Source: Camelus ferus
Taxonomy: Eukaryota
Direction: 5' to 3'
Assembly (NCBI RefSeq): GCF_009834535.1
Contig: NC_045696.1
Location: 79,300,001 to 79,364,000, forward strand
DNA length: 64,000 nucleotides
The position numbers and the translations under genes were made by a program. Below are positions 10,351 through 24,500 of the stretch, in pieces (within the stretch, counting starts at the first letter, position 1; every line of letters starts with the position of its first letter). The notes under the pieces are model-generated. The model was not told where the DNA came from. It worked only from the letters and a program-made list of their open reading frames with translations, and did not search any database.

Positions 10351-12513
10351 CTTCTCTTTATCATTACACCATACTTTCTCTCAAAGGAATCAGAAATCCA
10401 TGAGAAACAGCACTGAATGAGAATTTTAGATATACTGTAGTAAAAACTGATTTAATATTTTATCAACAGAAAAGTAAACTATTAGAGGGTAATAATAAAG
10501 TAATGAGAATATTCATATATCACTCCATAGTTTACAAAACTTTTAAAAACTATTAACTTTAGAAAGAGCAAAGATCGTAAGTTAACTCACTTGTACCGTA
10601 CACTTTAGATCAACCACCAATTATCTGTGTTTGTAGCTTTGGGCAAATCAGCTCACCTCTTTGAGCCCAAATTCTGTAAGTGCTCTACCTGTGTTATTAT
10701 CTTATTACATGTCATTATTTCTAATGAGATAATGAACTCCCCAAATAAGTGAATGCTTACTCATTTTTGTCACACCACCTGGCAATTTCCTGGCATTTCT
10801 GAACTATGAAATGGATAATGGAAATGAGCAAATGTTTCTTCATCTGTAAAATAAGGAATTGCTCTAGATCTCTTAAGGTTCCTAACAGCTTGAGGATTCA
10901 GTTAGGGTATGACATTTTCCAGAAGTCCAGGAAAAGAACATCCAAACTTTGTGGCCTCTTTGGAACACAGTAGAAACTACAGACCTCTCCATTAACTGCC
11001 TTGAGCTTTTAAAAGTACATATTTTGTATGCAGAAAATATAAACAGCAATAATACTGGATATTTTTCTAATGCCCTGTAGGAGAAATCCCACCTTTATCC
11101 AATGGGGTGGGTGATGTGAGGGAAGAGTGTAGCAAAAGCCAATTGACTTTGAACTCCTCTTTTAGGTAGCTCAAATCATAACCAATAAGACCCCTCCTGT
11201 TCATTTATTCATTGGCATATGACTAAAGGAAGTTAAGTAGATGAACTCAACCTTTTATACTCTTCTATCTTTCCATTCAGTGTCTCTCTCACCAGACTAA
11301 AGCCCATCTCCAATCCTGCCATTATCTGTGCCAGGAGCTGGATGGATCACCATCAACACATGATTCCTGAGACACACACCCTCCTCTCAAAGAGCTAAGC
11401 ACCTAGAAAGGCAAACAGCCGCACGTATAGCATGTTTTCTCCAGACACACACGAGTGCCAAGGCAGCACATGCTGAAAAGTTCCGGAGAGTTTTCCGAGC
11501 TGAAAGTTGGGTTAGAAGAAGGAGCATGACTGGCAGGGAACACAGGCACTAGTATGTGTGTTTGGGGAGAATGCTGGGAAGTGAAGTACAGGTCGGGAAG
11601 CCAAATGGTTCAGAGACACTTGAACATGTACTGTAACTCAAACCATGGTGGAAGATGAGGAATGGGGCAGGCTAGGGCTGCCCTCGTAAACCATGTTAAT
11701 TAGCTTGGGTTTTCTCCTGGCAGGAATAGTTAACCACTGAAAGATTTTGGCAGAGGAGCTTCATGGTAAATACAATGTTCTGGCAGTTGTGAAGAAGATG
11801 GATCAAAGGGAGTAAATCACTATTAATACTATTAATGCTAAAAAAAAATCACTATTAATCACTATAATCAAAACTAGGCCTCCTAATTTGGACTTTCTGG
11901 GCCATAAAGAGTCTCAAAGTAATAGAGACTTACCTAGGTCAATTAAAATGTAAGTTTCATTGTTGTTTTGCTTTTGACTGGAAAAATAATGTAGTACTTT
12001 TGACTGACTATTACACGTATTTGATAGGTAAAAGGAAGAACATTAATTAAAACATAAATGTAGTTTGATGGAAGGAATTGTTTTTTTAATACAAGATCCT
12101 AGGGAGAGAGAGTTAAAAGGTGACTTTGCGGACATACTTGGCATATGTAATATATAATCTCTAAGCTGATGAATGGTGACCATTCCAAGAGTTGGAGCAT
12201 CTTTGAAAGAGGTACATTTGAGATGAAAATCTTCTCAAGATCCTAAGAAGCAAATATGCACAGGATTATTTACTGGGATTGGGGGAGGGGGCTATTCATT
12301 CTTTAGTAAACTACTTACTGCATGAATTGTCTCAGCAATTTTGGTTTATCACCTCCTATTGAACCATCTAGAGTAACTGACAACTAATGAGTAAACTTGT
12401 TCTTCATCGGATAAGACTTGCTCCACAAAGAACAACTCTGCTCTCACACAGAAGGAATTGGGTATTTTCTTAAAAAATCAGTGAAATCAATGAAGTACTG
12501 TGCTCTGAACAGC

Positions 12514-12544
<31 letters not shown>

Positions 12545-15500
12545 GCCAAACTCAGATATTGGAAAATAAAATCATTTTGTTATACATTTTGGCTACCCAG
12601 TTTCCAGTTTCTAATGGAGATAAATTTCCTAAGTATTTCATGAATTCATGTGAGAGGTGTTCTCAGGTAGGAAAAAAAAATAGAACTCAATGTTAGTAGC
12701 TTGCCTCTGAATAATAAGTGTACTTAGGTAATGTTAAAATAAACTGAGAAATTTTAATAAAATTCATTTTTAAATGTTTAAAGGTAACTTAAAAATTACA
12801 ATTTAAATTACAAGAAAAGTTACTATTCAAAGCAGAAAGTAAAATGATTAGTGATGCAATTGTATCAAATATAAAGATCCTTTTAATTGCTGAACTTGGA
12901 CAAATTGATTTGTTTAGACTAGTTTCTAGATCTTGAAGCTATCATTTAATTTGAAAAAGTACAAAACTTGAAAATATATACAATTAGAATATCAATTAAT
13001 GTGTGTCTTACTCCTCCTGATTGAATGGGTGCCCATTGTTTATTCTGGGTCCACTGTTCTTATTTAGTAAACAGTGTACTCATATGTATAAAACAAGCTG
13101 AATGACTTAACGAATTAGCTGGATAATTTAAATCAAATGATAAATTTTTCATGGAGAGATCTTGAAGAATCAGCATCTGGAACTGCCTGAATAATTCTCT
13201 AGTATTATTATTTTTCATTTCTTTCAGGTGAAAATGCCTGTTCCCTTGTAAATACCTTTGTACCCTCCAAGATTTTGGCCATCAACTGTACATACTAGAA
13301 AGTAATTTTTTTGTGCTAAGTACAAGCCAACTTCAGTCTATGATGTCCATCACTCATTTATTCACCAACATGTGTATTTGGTGCCAATTATGTGCCAAAT
13401 ATAATTTGGTCATCGAATGTAAGAAAGCTTACAGTATTGCTTTAAGTACCAATTTCACATTACCGGTTCAGTATCTATTAGAAGACAGATGTTCAATTTT
13501 GAAGGAAAACAGGCCATCACCTTCTTTTGTTTTTCCAGATTATTAATTTATTCCCACATTGTAATTACACATTAAACATTTACAGCCACTAACAGTTGAA
13601 GTTTTAAAGTACCCTCTCAAGATAAACTGTAATTACTATTTATTTTATCGTTACTGATCTAGAGAATGGTGCATCCGTGGAGGAGATAATTTTAGGGAGA
13701 AATGCAGCAGATAACTTTTAATCAGAATTTCAAAATCATTATTTACCTAGCTAAAACTCTGGTAATGATCCTTTTCAATTAACACAGGAGTTTTTAAATG
13801 ATAAATAACTCTTGTCCACACCCTGCCTTTGTTTATAAACTTGTCCCTAAATTATACAAATGGAAATATGCCTTATTACTCGCACATGTAAAACAGATTT
13901 CCCTTTGTTCCTTTCAACATCCACTGAGGCCAGTTATCCTCACTTTACAAATTGTTAATTTTTAGCTTCAACACTACCCTGACTTATAGAATAATTCAGT
14001 GCAGAATCCTACTCTAGTAACTTTGCAAATTAACCTTTTTTCCACTCTGTTTCTACACCTGTTAAATGGAGAAATACTATTTTTGTGTTATACATCATGT
14101 ATGTAAGATAACAGCAGAAGGTAATACCATTGCTACTGCTACTAGTATAATTACTAATATTGCTACTACTAATCAAAGTAGGAGGAGAAGGAGGGGGAAG
14201 GAAAATAGGTGAATGAGAAAATGTATGAGGAAATGAGAAAGGAAAGACAAAACATAACAAATTGTGTCTGTCTGTGTGTATATATATGCCTCTGTATAAT
14301 AATATGTACAGTGTGATTTAGAAAATAGATTTTCTCTTCCACCAAGTTTAACTACGCCACCAAAACCCTGAGCATGACCTACCTCCAAAGGACATAACAG
14401 AAGTAAGTAACACAAAGATGATGGAAGAGGGTCTCTGATCAAGTAAGTATATGTTAGAATAAAATGTGCTATAAAGAAATGGAAATCAGGTCAAATTTAA
14501 GCAGAGAGTAAAAGTGAATGAAACACCTTTTCTTGGTGCTCTAACTGCATAATATAAAAGTAGGGCTCCGCATGGCATCAGGAATTGAAGGAAACTGGGC
14601 AGAGTTCCATGGACCAGTGGAACCTAAGGTTTGAAAAGAGCATGCACAATCCTCGAGAGCAGGATGCTGTTCCTACCAGACACCTGATGACTCTTTTGGG
14701 TTCTAGAGAAATTTCAAATTAGGAAGACAAGGCATTCCAGTTCTTTTTCACTTTTTGGTCTTAGTGATACATTTTTTCTTTGTTTCTTTGCATATCATTT
14801 TACCATTTTTTCCAGGAACATTATCATTGTTTCTCTTAATCTGCTTAGTCCACAGTGTAGAAATAGCTCTTGTCTATCTGGTCAATTACCTTTTAATATC
14901 AAACCAAAGGAACTTTCCTTCACATTGTTTCAGATCCTGAAAACACATTTTTCTGCATATCTTTTTTTACTAAAGTTTTCTCTGGTGCCCCAGATTTCTC
15001 ATTTTTTCTTTCTAATCTGTGACCCAGAAGAAATTCTCTCCCTAAATGAACAACCTCCCCCACACAAATGTGTGCGTGCACCCCCATCTACATGTACAAC
15101 ATGCAGTATCATGTCTTCATATTCCTTTTTTTACATACTATCCTTTTCTCCTTTCCATCTCACTTCCTTCCATTTTTTTGTCTTCCCTCCACAATTTTTT
15201 TCTTCCCCATATCTCTCCTTTTTCTTGTATCTCTAGGATATAAGAGAGGAGCGCCCACCAGGAAGAAGGTCAGGAAGAGCCTAGTGGAAGGCATGGGAGA
15301 GTTTTATTACCTGTTAGCAAATACTTAATTCTGTGAGCTGTATCGTGTGTGCAAATTAAATGAGAAACTTCATAGTGTCAAAAAATGCTTGGCAGACCTA
15401 GGGAAAATTCACAATGAATGAGATATAAAGTAAGGTAAACAAAAAAATTACAAATGTCCCATCAAACCAAAATTGTATTTGTAATATAAAAAATTAACCA

Positions 15501-18500
15501 AAACCATGAGTTTCCCTTAAGTGTTTTCCAGTTCAAAAGGACACAGATATATATCTCATTTTTTTTTCCTACCCCTTGCATATTATCTGGAACAAAGTAG
15601 ATATGTAAATAAATTTTTGTTGAATGAGGAAATAAATACAATCATACAAAGAAATATAAATTTATAAATTCTTGTGGAGTTTGGAACAAAAATGTAAGGA
15701 GGGCTTCCCTTACATCATGTGCTGGGATAACATTCATTAAATAATCAACCATTAATTCCTCTATCCTTAGCAGTATAGGAAGTGTAGACAAAGGTTTTGA
15801 TAAATAAGTTTAACAGGTTAGAGGAAGAGAAAGAAGGGAGTTCTCCACTGACCATTTCTCTAATCATTTATTTATCAGTAATTGTATCAGGAAAAAAGTT
15901 ACAGTCTGGAGAAACATGAGACCACAGGCCTCTTGCCTGTCAAGGATCTATGTGTGTGTGGCGGGGAGGTAGGGGGTATATCAGAGGCATATTGTCCTGC
16001 TGTTTGGAGAATTCTGTGATGGTTATTGAAATAGATACCCTAGAATATCACAAAATCCATGTTTGGAATTTCTGTTTCAATGAATTTAACCTTTCCTCTC
16101 TTCTTCTTTTTATGTTTCCTGACATGTTCTGACCCTATCTCAAATTTTATCCTAATCTTGGCAGAATCAGAGTCAATGAGCAAGCAGTCACTTTTCAGTG
16201 TCTAAGTTACTCTCTTGTAGTGAGCTAAGCACTTAAAGAGATACATTAACTTCCAGGCCTCTTGGGTGCTATTCAGAGTAATGGTTTATAACAGTTAATA
16301 ATGTATAACATAACTAGAGAATGCCTTAGGCGGGCTCATTGTGTAGTAAACATAATAAAACAGTTTCTTTTTAGTATCAATTGGAAGTACATTATTTCCC
16401 CCACCATTAAGACATAGTAAACGAAGAAACAGATCCCATCATTTGCATATTTTATGTACCTATAGTATATTTTATCTCATTTAGATTTTAATCACTCAAA
16501 TGCTTTGTTGTTCATTTCTTTTCACGTATTCCTATTTGTAAAAGGTACAAATATTTGTTGCATCACCACATTTATAATGGATCCCATGTTTAGCAACCCA
16601 CTGTTAGAGCAAACTGCTTTTCATTTTATCATACAACAAAAAAGTGCTTCATTACCAGGGAAGCCAAATTAGATCCAGCATGTCTGCTTGTCAGAAAACG
16701 TCATTCTCGGAGGCCTACTTTAATACTATTCTTTTGTTATTTCCTTTCTTTCTAAGGAAGTCACTTCTCTGCCTTTCCTCTAAGGTTAGGACCACCCAAG
16801 CCACCCTCAGCTTATTTCTTGTCCTAGAGAAGTAAATAAAAGAGTCAGGATTGAGTCAAAACAATGCCTCATTATTACCGACTAGTGCTAAAATTAGTAG
16901 CAGGCCATAAGATTCTTGCCCCTCCAACCTCCTCTAACCCTCCAACTGCTTTCTGGGATTTTTTTTTTTTTTTTTTTCCCTGTGAACTCTGAGAACTATA
17001 GGACTCTGCTGGCCCATTCCAAGGATCTAATCTAAGACTTTGATATAAACCTGATGGTTCTAGGCTCACTGTTATCTGACTGGCCTTATGTCATAGATGT
17101 GTTCTTGGTAAAAAGCCCATGTTTTCTTAATGGAGAAGCTTAAATCAGAGAAAAAAAAAAATTAATACCAGAGCATCCATTCAATTCACACAATGGGGGC
17201 CAAGGCTTTGTTTGCTCATTTTGCTAATTTTGGAGTTAGCAGGTTAGAAGAAATATTTCTTTAGGAAATGAAGGTCATTAAAGAAGATGAAGTCTATTAA
17301 AATATTAATGGAGGACCCCCTGATCTCAGAAGTATGATGATCTGTTTAACAAAAAATCTCAGAAAGAGCTGTCCAAAATGAACTAAATAACCATATTTAA
17401 AAAGTGGCAGTGTTCCATGAATCTTGCCAATTGTTCTGCCTCATCAGGACCCCTCAGCTTTTGCCCCAGTGCAACTGCACTTTTGATTCACACTTGATCC
17501 TGGACACTGGCTCCCTGACATCTTACCCATCACTCCCTGTCTATCTATCAGCGCCACTAAGTGCAGCATATCTAACCAGCCTTTTCTCCGGGTTTGAACC
17601 CCTGCCAGCCTCCAAGGAGACAGCCTCTTTCTCTTCAATAAAAGAAAAATTAATGGGTCACTCCAGTGGGCTCTGAGCATCCTATCAGAACAAGCAAATT
17701 AGGTTGTTTTTTTTTTTTTTTAACACAAGGACTGCATCTTAGTGTTATCATTACATGCTAATTTGAATGTTAAAAATTTTTTTGTACACTAGCTTACATT
17801 CAGTTTATATGCTGAATATAAAGAGAAAAAAAAAACCTGTCAAAAGGGCAAAATTAAGTCAGCTTTCAGCATTTCTCAGTGTACTGCACAAAAGGGCTGG
17901 AAACAAAGCAGAATTTCCCATTTTATTTTACCCAGAGGCTACCACAAACAGCTCCTCTACAAACTGTGAAAGGCCCAGAGTTAAAGCTGCATGATTTTAG
18001 GTAGCCCCAGGTAAACATCTGTTAATTGCTCTTTTCTGCTGACTTGAATATCATGATTAATGTAATGGCAACTTATTAATGAATTAGAAAATATTAGTTG
18101 CTGTGATTGTCGTTCGTTATTATATTACAGCAAAATTGGCATTTCAAAAATCTGTGGTTAAGTAGAAAATATGAATAAACAACCTTTTGTAATAAATGCT
18201 TTTCTTTGGTTTGGCTTAATATTATCAAAGTTTTCTGGATCTTGCAGACCTATGAACTCATCTATGTCATTCATGGCCTTAAAAAGTGGGAAAAGGTACT
18301 AAATAATACTAAATTTAACTGAATTACTTACTAAATGTTCATATAGTGTACTGAATTATGCAAAAAAGGGTAGTCTGGGTATACGTAGCAATGAACAAAG
18401 CACTAAGAGATTACATAAATAAAATTTCTTGGTTCAACTCCATTCACTGTAGCAAGAACTTCTGAATTATAACAAGAACAAAAATCTGCCACATCTTGGC

Positions 18501-18579
18501 TAGAATCACCATCATGTTAGGTTTCTAAAACTGTATGAAACTATTGCGGGTGTCACAATTTGTATTTAATCATTAGTGT

Positions 18580-18900
18580 ATTCATTCAATAACTATGTCA
18601 GAAGTTTCTAAATGGCTCAAGAAACTGTGGAGAGTATAAAGATAAATTAGATGGGGATTTTTCTCTTTTAAGGATTTTTTAGTGAAACAGAGGAGATGTG
18701 TATAAGCAACTATAATCTGAGGTAGGAAGTGGTAATTGCCTTAAGAGAAGTAAAACTAAAATGACATGGGACACCAGAGCAACACAGATATACCAACTAG
18801 TAAGAGAAAAGATTTTAGATGAATGTAAAATTTTAAAACCACTGGTAGAGAGGCACACATGGCTTAGCAATAGATCACTGTATATTGTGGAACATAATGG
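18580..18900 (-). mobile_element. L2 fragment
   Basis: Begins 'ttcattcaataactat' (reverse L2 tail), decayed thereafter. Confidence 0.35.
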
Positions 18901-18949
18901 ATCACTAAGGAGGTATTTCAATTCATTTGAAAAGGATGGTCTAATTTAG

Positions 18950-19990
18950 TAAATGGATGTTATAACTGACTATACATTAGAAGGAAATACATTGGATCCC
19001 TGTCTCACCCAATTTCTGTTGATTAAAGATGTAATTATAAAGCAATAAAAAACCTTAGAAGACAATTTGCGAGGTTACATACACAACCTAGATATTTGAG
19101 AGTTCGTTAAATACAAGACAAAATCCTTATATTATATGAAGCATAAGATGAACATATTTACCATATAAATATTTAAAATTCATATATGAAAAATGTATCT
19201 CAAGCCACTAATAAGTAATAGAGTGGAAAAGAAATACTTGTAATGTAGATAATTAAAAGGAGCTATTATATTTAATATACTAAATATTTTAAAAACAGAT
19301 AACAAAAGACTCAGTAGAAAAATGGGCAAGTAATAAGAATAGACAATTTACAAAGCAAATTAAAGTGGCCAAAGATAGATGGAAGTATGAAGAACCACCA
19401 TGGGAACTGAGAGAAATGCAAATGAAAGTAGCCCTGAGATACGACTGTTTTCCCCAGTGGACAGCATATGACCAAAAGCGTAGTAAGACCTGACATCCTC
19501 CATGTGCTAGGGCACTCTCAGGCATCGCTTAAGGAAACGTTAAATCTCACAGACTTTTTGTAAAGCAATTTGAAAGCATGTGTTCAAATTAAAACACACA
19601 TCCCAGTCATTCCACTCCCACAGGGTGGTAGTGGCAAAACTAGAAAAGGAAAAGTGAATGCTTATTGATAGGGAAGAGGTTGAGTAAATTGTGGTTTATC
19701 TCTGCTGAAAAACATGAAGTTATTTCTAAAAATGAGTTAAATCTTCATCAGCTGATGTGAAGGGATTTCTGTAATGAGCTGTTAAGTAAGAGTAAGATGC
19801 AGAGATGTATAGATGAACTATTTCCATTTTATAACCCAAATGAGACTCGAAATGTGTGTGTGCGAGTGTGTGTGTATAACTGCATGAATTAAAAGAATAT
19901 GGAAGGAGCACATTAAAACAGAGATGGGGGAGTGAAAAAAGAAGGTGGTGGGAAATGGAAAGAAAATGTGTAAGGTTAAAGAAAAGTAAC
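18950..19990 (+). mobile_element. Old L1 (L1ME/L1MC-like) ORF2 3' end and 3'UTR
   Basis: 'ttggatccctgtctcacc', 'cagtagaaaaatgggcaag...aatagacaatttaca', 'gagaaatgcaaatgaaa'. Confidence 0.75.
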
Positions 19991-20680
19991 ACTTAATAAT
20001 GACAGGCTGAACATCCTGCAAGTACGTAAGTGAAAAACTCAGAACTCATCAATAAAGGTATTGAAATTTGGAGACATCCTGCACCAGTGGGGCTCCCAGC
20101 ATGAGAGCCATAGGAGAGATCTACAGTTCTATCAGAAGTAATTCCTTGGCCACACTGATTAAAGGTTATTACCAGCTTCCTAGGAAGGAAAAATCCAGGA
20201 CGAATATCAGAACTCACATAGCCTTCATTTATTTAGCTGCATATAATTGGATATAGTAACTGCTTGCTTATCTTTTTTATTTTAATGTAAAACTGGCCTA
20301 AACTTGGAGAATCATTACAAATATAAAAGGAGAGAGCGCATTTTTGGTAATGTAAGTTTAGTTTCTTTAGGTAAAATACAAAGATGTGTTATAGAGAGCA
20401 GAGGGAGACACTGCTGCAAGATTCATTTAGAATTTAGACTGGCTAGTTAAACAGCTTGGACTTCGTCTTGCAGGCTGCAGACTGCTAATGACATACTAGC
20501 AGGAAATCTACAAGATCAAATGGATTGAGGTTAGGGGACAGAGCAGCAAAATGTGAATTTTAACTTAAAATAACATTTTATTTTTATTGATATGGGTCAT
20601 AAACTTTCAGCAGAAGAATTTTTTGTTTTCTGAATGCATAAAATTAGAGTGTCTAATATAATCAATTCCCCTATATCCGT

Positions 20681-21090
20681 TGTCTTAGTCTGCTTTGGCT
20701 GCCATGACAAAATTACATAGACAAGATGGCTTAAACAACAGAAATTTTTTTTTCTCACAGTTCTAGAGCCTGGGAAATGTCAGAACAAGGTGCCAGCTGA
20801 TTCTGTTTCCAGTGACAGCTCTCCTCCTGGCTTATAGGAGGCCACCTTTTTGCTGTGGCCTCACATGACCTGTCCTCGGTGTGTGAATGCATGGGAAGAA
20901 ACACAGAGATAGCTCTCTCTCTTCCTCTTCTCATAAGGCTACCAATTCTATTAGGTTAGAATCCTACCCTTATGACCTCATTTGATATTAATTATCTCAT
21001 ATAAGCCCCATCTCCAAACATAGTCTCATTAGGGTTAGAGCTTCAACATGTGAATTTGAAGGAGACACAGTTCAGTCCACAGACATAGCA
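20681..21090 (-). mobile_element. MaLR solo LTR (MLT1A/MLT1A0-like)
   Basis: 'tgtcttagtctgctttggctgccatgacaaa...ggcttaaacaacagaaattt...ctcacagttctagag' through 'cttcaacatgtgaatttgaaggagacacagttcagtcc'. Confidence 0.85.
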
Positions 21091-21099
21091 CTCACTATT

Positions 21100-21900
21100 C
21101 AAGTTTGATAAAGATTTTGGCACTCTTATATCATATGTCTTATTTCTTCTTTTGTTTTAAAAGTGTCTTAGAGCAAGTTTCAGGTATCATATCATTTCAT
21201 ACCTATAAGCCTCAGTATGCAATTTTGAAATATATGAGCTTTTATTTACATAAACATATGGCCATTCCACACCTAATAAAATTAAGAATAATTCCTTGGT
21301 ATAATCTAACAACCATTTTCAAATTTCACTGATGTTTCCAAAATCTCATTTTTCTGTTGCTTTGCTTGAATCAGGATAAAAACAATGTCTGCACATTGCC
21401 CTTGGTTGTTACACATCTTAAATTTCTTTTAATATAACTATCTTTTCTCATCTACCTTTTTTTAGCTTAATTAAAACACTGAGTCAGAATTTTTGTTAGA
21501 ACATCCTATATTCTAAATGTATATGTTTTATTATGATGTCATTGAATGTGCCCACAAATCATCTGTATTTCTTGTTAAAGTATCAGTTAATTCTAAAGAC
21601 TTTATGATTCAGGTACAACTTTTTATTTTCTGTAAGAATATTTTGTAAGTGATTCTGTGTAGTTTGTTTGCCAAATTATCAGAATGAATATCATGTCACT
21701 TGATGTTATTTTGTCTTGCTTTTAGTGATTCTAAGACTGAACAGATGACATCTGATTCCCCATTAACCTTTCATCCTATGGTTTCGTCTATTAATGTTTT
21801 TGCCTGAATCAGTGACTTGTTGGGTATTGCAAAAATGTTGATTTTTTTCCCTTAGGTATATTCTACAATTTATATACAGAATTCTTTTGTAAAGAACTTT
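21100..21900 (-). mobile_element. Old L1 3' region (L1MC4/5-like)
   Basis: 'cacacctaataaaattaagaataattccttg...ttcaaatttcactgatgt...ttgaatcaggat...cacattgc..ttggttgtta' reverse L1MC 3'UTR pattern. Confidence 0.65.
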
Positions 21901-22037
21901 TTTCTTAACAATTCTTAAAAGTGTTTAGGAAACTTTGGTACTGTCTTCGGCTAAGAGTTGAACAATGTGTTTGAGTTTTATTTTCCTGCATTAGTTAGAG
22001 GTATAACAGAACTATTAGTCATTTTCCTATAGACTTA

Positions 22038-23930
22038 TTTATTCATTCATCAAATATTTCTTGTGAGCTTCACTATGCTAAGCACTATACTAAGCTTAGG
22101 GGATACATAACTATACAAATGGACAAAAATCCTTACATGGATAAAATCATTAATAGGGCCACTCTTGTAGGTATATAATAATATAATAAACCCTATAATA
22201 AACCATATAAGTAAGTACATTATATTGTATTTTAGATGGTCATAAGTCCTCTGGAAAAAATATGACAGTGGATTAAAAAAATTGGGCATGCTAGGGAAAA
22301 GAGCATAGCTAGAAAATTTCATAGAGCATAGCTAGAAAAAGCCTTACAATATTATAACATTTTAGTGAAGACCTAAAAAAACTGAGAGACCACATCATGC
22401 AGATATTTGAGGGACAGCATTCTTTACAGAGAGACCATCAAGCGAGGTCCTGAGGCTAGAGCATGCCCGCTTTGAGAAGGAGCAAGGAGGCAAATGCAGC
22501 TGAAGCACAGTGAGACACTAGACAGAAAGTAGGTGACTCAGAGGAGTAACCAGAGCCAGACTTTGTAAGGCTTCGTGGGCCACTGTGTGGACTTTGGTTT
22601 TTATTCTGGATGGAAAAGGAGCCACTAAGGGTTTTGAGGCAAGGAGTAATATGATATAACTTCTGTTTGAACATAGTCACTGTGGCTGTTGAGAATAGGC
22701 CTATAAGGGCAAGGATAGAGACAGAGAATCTATAATGCAGGTGAGAGATGACTGTTTTGGTCCAGAGTAGATAAGTAAGAAGGGATGAGATTCCAGATAT
22801 ACTTTGAAGGCATAGCCAACACAATTCGCTGGCATATTAGGAAGAGAAAAGTCAAGGATGATTTCAAGATTCTTGGAGCCTCTGGAGGTATAGAGATGGT
22901 TTTAACTAAGGTAGAGAAGACCATGAAGCCGGGATGGAAGGAAAAACTGTCCAGACGTGTTATGTTTGATTGATGACTGTTATACGTCATCTATTCCAAT
23001 TCCATCTGCTATTCCAAGTACAGATGGAGAATAGGCAGCAAAATACTCACATCTGTATTGAAGGAGAGCAAAAACTTAAATTTGACCACTATAAATTCAT
23101 AGATAGTATTTAAAGCCAGGAGACTTGGTAAGTATAACTTTGAAGAAGAGTTCAAGTATCGAGCCCTTGTAGCATGTTTACATGCTGACGGAAATGATCC
23201 AATAGAGAGAACAAAGGTGGATGCTGCTAAAATGGGGGCTGGGTGGAAGTTTTGGGAACAATTTCCAGCAGTTAGCAAAAGGAGATGGTGTCTAGCACAC
23301 AAGTCGAGGGTTTGGCCTTTCTTGGAGTATAAGGGTAGAGCTAGGGGTAGGTAGTAGGTAAAGTAAAGGGGGATTGTGAACACTCCTTTCTTATTACTTT
23401 TACTTTTTTACTGAAATAGGAGGCAAGGTAATTAGCTGAGAGTGAAGATTTGAGAGGAACTATTGAAGATTTGAGAGGAGGAGAGGTCAACCAGGAAGGA
23501 AGGAGAATAAACAAGGAAACTGTAATATAATTACTGGGCAGCCTGAGAGCCACTTGAAGTTGGCAGTATATTTAGAGTGGCCAGCAGACAATCAAAGTCT
23601 AGGAATAGATGGGTAGGGAATTAAGTATAGTTGTAAGAGCTAACAAAGATGTTCTATAAGCTGTTTACACCTGATGAAGAAGATATTAATGGGATGAGAA
23701 ACAAGGAAGAGTTGGCTGAATCAACAATTCTATGGATGAATAGGGTTGAAGAATTTTATGATTTTGAGGCATCAAGGGTAAGCTTGAGAAAAAGTAGCTG
23801 GTGACTGGAGAGTGGAATACTTGAAAGCAAGACTGTAGAGGAATTTCTGTTTATGATAAGATACAGGGTATGCTGAGGGAGTGAATGGTTGACATAGGGT
23901 CAAGGGCAAGAAGAAAGGAGAAGAGTTCAG
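22038..23930 (-). mobile_element. Long L2 (L2a-like) remnant
   Basis: Starts 'attcattcatcaaatattt...actatgctaagcact'; includes 'ggactttggtttttattctg...ggagccactaagggttttgag' and 'gaaaagtcaaggatgatttcaagattcttg'; distal boundary uncertain. Confidence 0.75.
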
Positions 23931-24249
23931 AAGGTCAATATTCTTCACAGTAAAAATTTAGTAAGTTTTTTCCATGTTAAAAAAGTCAAGAATACAAATC
24001 TATATTTTTAAGACCCCATGAAACATTTATTTGCCATTTAGAAGTCTGGCTGGAGGGATATCTGCTCCATAATTCTGGAAATAATATTCAGGAATGAAAT
24101 TTTGGAGATTAGGAAAATTCAAATGCAGTGTACACGGTCCATAAGATCTTTACCCGCATGTAAAGAGACTGTGATTCAGCCACTTTTCCCAGAATCCTTC
24201 TCTCCAGCTGTGACAAACCACTCACACGAAGACACAGAGTTTTGACATC

Positions 24250-24500
24250 ACAGGACTTGGAGTCAGAACCAGAGTCAAATCACAGCTTCATGAGCTACTA
24301 GACATGACAGTTTGGTCAAGTTATTTAATCCTCAGCTTTTTATCAGTGAAATAGGGAAAGTAAACTTGAAGGATGGATATAGGACTCACAATAGATAATA
24401 CTAATATTACAGTATTAGATAGTAATACAGATTATTATATTATAACATTAGATAATAGAGTACTTAGCATAGTACCTACAACAGTGCTTAGTAACAATTA
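24250..24500 (+). mobile_element. MIR SINE with internal low-complexity expansion
   Basis: 'ggacttggagtcaga...caagttatttaatcctcag...gtacttagcatagtacct'. Confidence 0.65.

Noticed and set aside
22300..23480. Short direct duplications (agagcatagctagaaaa x2 near 22300-22340; tgaagatttgagagga x2 near 23443-23480) as array or CRISPR-like repeats
   Set aside because: Only two copies each, inside L2; ordinary slippage duplications. Similar ones occur near 2915, 11816, 38367 and 42650.
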